A DNA stretch of 64,000 nt, taken from an uncultured Chloroflexia bacterium (lineage in GTDB: Bacteria > Chloroflexota > Limnocylindria > Limnocylindrales > CSP1-4). Position 1 is the stretch's first letter. The number at the start of each line of letters is the position of its first letter. The position numbers and the translations under genes are program-made. The stretch covers positions 96,001-160,000 of the forward strand of contig CAVQJC010000015.1 of assembly GCA_963712745.1 (NCBI GenBank). The letters are read 5' to 3'. The notes beneath the pieces were generated by a model, which made no database searches, was not told the DNA's origin, and saw nothing but the letters and a program-made list of their open reading frames with translations. Below are positions 61,383 to 64,000 of this stretch, piece after piece.

Positions 61383-61970
61383 TCAGGGTCGCTCGTAGAA
61401 GCCCAACAGCGTGGCCTCGGCCAGGACGTGGTCGTGGATGGCCTCGATGACGGTGAGCTTGTCCGCGCCGGGCTCCCATCCGAGCTCCACGTCAAGCGCC
61501 AAGACCTTGAACACGTAGCGATGCGTGCCGTTGGGCGGACAGGGTCCACCGTAGCCGGTTCGGCCCCACGAGTTGGTGCCCGGCGTGCCCAGCGCCTCCA
61601 CGTCCTCGGCGATCTCAGCCACCGGTTCGATGTCGTACTCGACCCAGTGGTCCCAGGTGCCGGCCGGGGCGTCGGGGTCGTCCACGAGCAGGGCCAGCGA
61701 GACGGTCCCGGTCGGGATGTCATCGATGGACAGCGGCGGTGAGACGTCGATCCCATCACAGGTGTAGCGCTCGGGGATGTCACCCTCGTGCTCGAACGCG
61801 GTCGATGTGATTCGCATGGTCTTCTCCTCGCTGACCGGCGACTCCTGCGGCGCCGACTCTAGGTGCGGATCGGGACTGAGGACCGGGTCGGGGCTTTGGG
61901 CCACGACCTCGGCGGCCATGACGAGCGCCAGAAGGAGGCCGGACCCGACCCGGACGGCACTGCTCAGCAT
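61383..61970 (-). CDS. YbhB/YbcL (PEBP / Raf kinase inhibitor-like) protein with signal peptide
   Basis: IPERYTCDG..VSPPL, DDPDAP.GTWDHW, YGGPCPP.GTHRY.F. Confidence 0.92.
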   Translation of the reverse strand: MLSSAVRVGSGLLLALVMAAEVVAQSPDPVLSPDPHLESAPQESPVSEEKTMRITSTAFEHEGDIPERYTCDGIDVSPPLSIDDIPTGTVSLALLVDDPDAPAGTWDHWVEYDIEPVAEIAEDVEALGTPGTNSWGRTGYGGPCPPNGTHRYVFKVLALDVELGWEPGADKLTVIEAIHDHVLAEATLLGFYERP

Positions 61971-62050
61971 GTCACCTGCAGGATGGCCGAGATTCGGGCC
62001 AGGTCAAGGGGCCATCGGCACAGCCACCGGCCCGAGGTTCCGCGGTGACC

Positions 62051-62073
62051 GTGAGATGTAACCGATATCTCAC
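62051..62073. promoter_or_regulatory. Perfect 7-9-7 inverted repeat (operator candidate)
   Basis: GTGAGAT-GTAACCGAT-ATCTCAC between divergent genes. Confidence 0.45.
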
Positions 62074-62161
62074 TCGCCCGCTACGCCCCTGTCCGAGCGC
62101 GGGCGATAGGCTCGAAGGACCGCGCGGCAGGCACGCCACGAAGTGTCACGCCGAACCAGGG

Positions 62162-62416
62162 ATGGAGGCCAGCTTGCAGTCGAAGGGTGATCAGGACCAG
62201 CGCCGAACGGCTGCAGCACGGGCCATGTGGGATGAGCTGGCCGTTCAGGCCAAGACGGTCCACTGCCCGACCCACTTTGCCCAGCCCTGGCGCGTCACCG
62301 TCCTCGGTGACGCACCGGCGGACTTCCGGCTATACGTCTCTGGCTGCTGCCCCCGCATCGGCGAGGCCGTCACCGAGATGATCCGCAAGGACCCTCGCGT
62401 CGCCGCGACCCGCTAG
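62162..62416 (+). CDS. Small Cys/His-motif hypothetical protein
   Basis: 84 aa with HCPTH...SGCCP; gene-like codon usage. Confidence 0.6.
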   Translation: MEASLQSKGDQDQRRTAAARAMWDELAVQAKTVHCPTHFAQPWRVTVLGDAPADFRLYVSGCCPRIGEAVTEMIRKDPRVAATR

Positions 62417-62499
62417 GTTCCGCCGGCCAGGACCGGGTTCGAGCGGCCGGCAACTTGCCTTCTGGGGGACACTTGGCGACTTCCGACCGTCTATGGGGC

Positions 62500-63045
62500 A
62501 TGGAGGTCATGACGGGAGCGTTCGACCGCGAACTCACCGGGGTCATCGCATCAGCGGCCAGGGGCGACGAGGTCGCCTTCGGCCAGATCGTTGCGGCATA
62601 CCACGCGGACATGCACCGCGTATGCGTCTTCGTCTGCGGCGACCAGTCCGTGGCCGAGGATGCGGTCCAGGCAGCGTGGGCCATCGCCTGGCGCAAGCTC
62701 GACTCCGTCCGCGATGGCAGCCGGCTCAAGCCCTGGCTGGTGTCGGTCGCGGTCAACCAGGCCCGCGATCTCATGCGCAAACGGCGACGGCAAGCGGAGA
62801 TCGAGGTCCTCGCGGAGCGCGGGCGTGAGCAGGGCGGCATCGACCCGGCCACCGGCATCGATGCGCTCGATATGCGACATGCCCTCCTGGCCCTCAAGCC
62901 CGAAGACCGGGCGCTGCTGGCCATGCGCTACGTGGCCGGCTTCAACGCGACCGAGCTGTCCAACGCACTCGGCATCAGCCCATCCGGCGTGCGCAACCGG
63001 CTGGAACGACTGACCGCGCGCCTGCGCGAGGAGCTCGAGGCATGA
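62500..63045 (+). CDS. ECF RNA polymerase sigma factor
   Basis: ARGDEVAF, AEDAVQ, WLVSVAVN, region-4 HTH ELSNALGISPSGVRNRL; upstream GGACA-N16-CGTCTA. Confidence 0.93.
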   Translation: MEVMTGAFDRELTGVIASAARGDEVAFGQIVAAYHADMHRVCVFVCGDQSVAEDAVQAAWAIAWRKLDSVRDGSRLKPWLVSVAVNQARDLMRKRRRQAEIEVLAERGREQGGIDPATGIDALDMRHALLALKPEDRALLAMRYVAGFNATELSNALGISPSGVRNRLERLTARLREELEA

Positions 63046-63704
63046 CCGACAAGAACGCCTTCGACCGCCAGCTCGCGCGGGAGATCGAAAATCTCTCCGG
63101 CCCCGTGCCTCGCGTGGACGTCAGGACCATCGTGGCCGAGGCGGCCCGGCCCGCGATGCGCCCACGCTGGGCCTGGCTGGGCGGCTCGCTCCGGCTCGCT
63201 GCGGCCACCGCGGTCATCGCCCTCTTCGGCGCGGTGCTCGTGCTGGGCTTCATGCGCAGCGGTGAGCAGGGAGTCATGCTGCCGCCGGGCGCTTCGTCGT
63301 CACCCCTACCTCTTCCCTCCCCCTCCGTCGGGGGCTCCGTCCCGGTCAGCGGGACGTGGGTCCTGCCCGATCCGCCGACCTGCGAGACAGCCATGGCCCC
63401 GGTGGACGAGCCGATGATGCTGTCGGCCACGACCTGTCACGGGCTCCGCGTGCAGGCTGACGACCCGCGCCTCAGCGGAGAGGGAAGCACCAGGCAGGAG
63501 GTGTGGGCGGACGATCTGCCGACGCCGGAGGTGTGGAGCCTCGTCAACGCCGGCGGCACGTGGACCAGCCAGCGCTACCACGACCACGACCGCTTCGTCT
63601 TCGTCGGCGAAGGCGGCTACGACGGTCTCACCGCGGTCGTGACCCTGGCTGAGGACGGGAGCCTGCATGGCTTCGTTCGCGTCGGCCAGCCACGCGGGGA
63701 CTGA
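63042..63704 (+). CDS. Putative membrane anti-sigma factor
   Basis: ATGA overlap with the ECF gene; short cytoplasmic N-terminus, one TM helix, extracytoplasmic DDPRLSG...GEGGYDGL domain. Confidence 0.65.
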   Translation: MTDKNAFDRQLAREIENLSGPVPRVDVRTIVAEAARPAMRPRWAWLGGSLRLAAATAVIALFGAVLVLGFMRSGEQGVMLPPGASSSPLPLPSPSVGGSVPVSGTWVLPDPPTCETAMAPVDEPMMLSATTCHGLRVQADDPRLSGEGSTRQEVWADDLPTPEVWSLVNAGGTWTSQRYHDHDRFVFVGEGGYDGLTAVVTLAEDGSLHGFVRVGQPRGD

Positions 63705-63884
63705 CCGCATGCTTCGACTGACCACCTACCGACGCCCGGGCCTGGTCCCGCGGCGCATGAACCTGGCCCCATGGCCGAGGCCCTTGTCGACTGCTCCATG
63801 GAGCGGGCCTCGATGGAACGACCGACGCGCGAGCCCGGGCTCGAGACCGGCGCCGCACGTCAGCGACGAACAAGGAGAGAACTC

Positions 63885-64000
63885 ATGAAGGTCAAGACGC
63901 GCATGCTGGCGGCGGTCGTCGCCGGGCTTGTGGCCGCATCCATCTCGGGTGTGGCCGCCCAGGAGAGCGATAGCGGCGCCGCGTTCTTCGAGGTGAGCAT
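63885..64000 (+). CDS. Secreted protein, partial (3' end outside the window)
   Basis: AAGGAG RBS; MKVKTRMLAAVVAGLVAASISGVAAQE signal peptide. Confidence 0.7.
   Translation, partial: MKVKTRMLAAVVAGLVAASISGVAAQESDSGAAFFEVS

Overview
High-GC bacterial chromosomal segment with about 60 genes. Gene content and protein style suggest Chloroflexota, possibly Limnocylindria/Ellin6529-like; this is inference only. Core metabolic genes: uvrD2-like helicase, ldhA, F420-dependent fgd, fabI, glgA/glgP, yitJ-type homocysteine methyltransferase/MTHFR, cysD/cysN with two sulfur-compound exporter-family genes, and gltB/gltD. No rRNA, tRNA, CRISPR array, transposase or integrase was recognised. Most notable observations: (1) an unannotated ~190-nt intergenic RNA candidate (29043-29232) with three stem-loops, two of which display anti-Shine-Dalgarno C-rich loops (6C/cuckoo-like); (2) a toxin-antitoxin 'graveyard' in the first 10 kb, with two vapBC-type loci whose PIN core has been deleted, an orphan RHH antitoxin, a HEPN-motif 59-aa sORF and one intact RES-Xre pair; (3) a divergent gene pair with oppositely charged disordered tails (a K/A/P-tailed nitroreductase and a degenerate NucS-like protein with an acidic tail); (4) four GyrI-like proteins around an AraC-GyrI regulator; (5) three sites where a short tandem array sits beside a REP-like palindromic element; (6) three single-base frameshifts (DedA-like gene, DUF427 gene, gltB) that may be assembly errors. 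All family calls come from motif recognition by eye; no database search was run.
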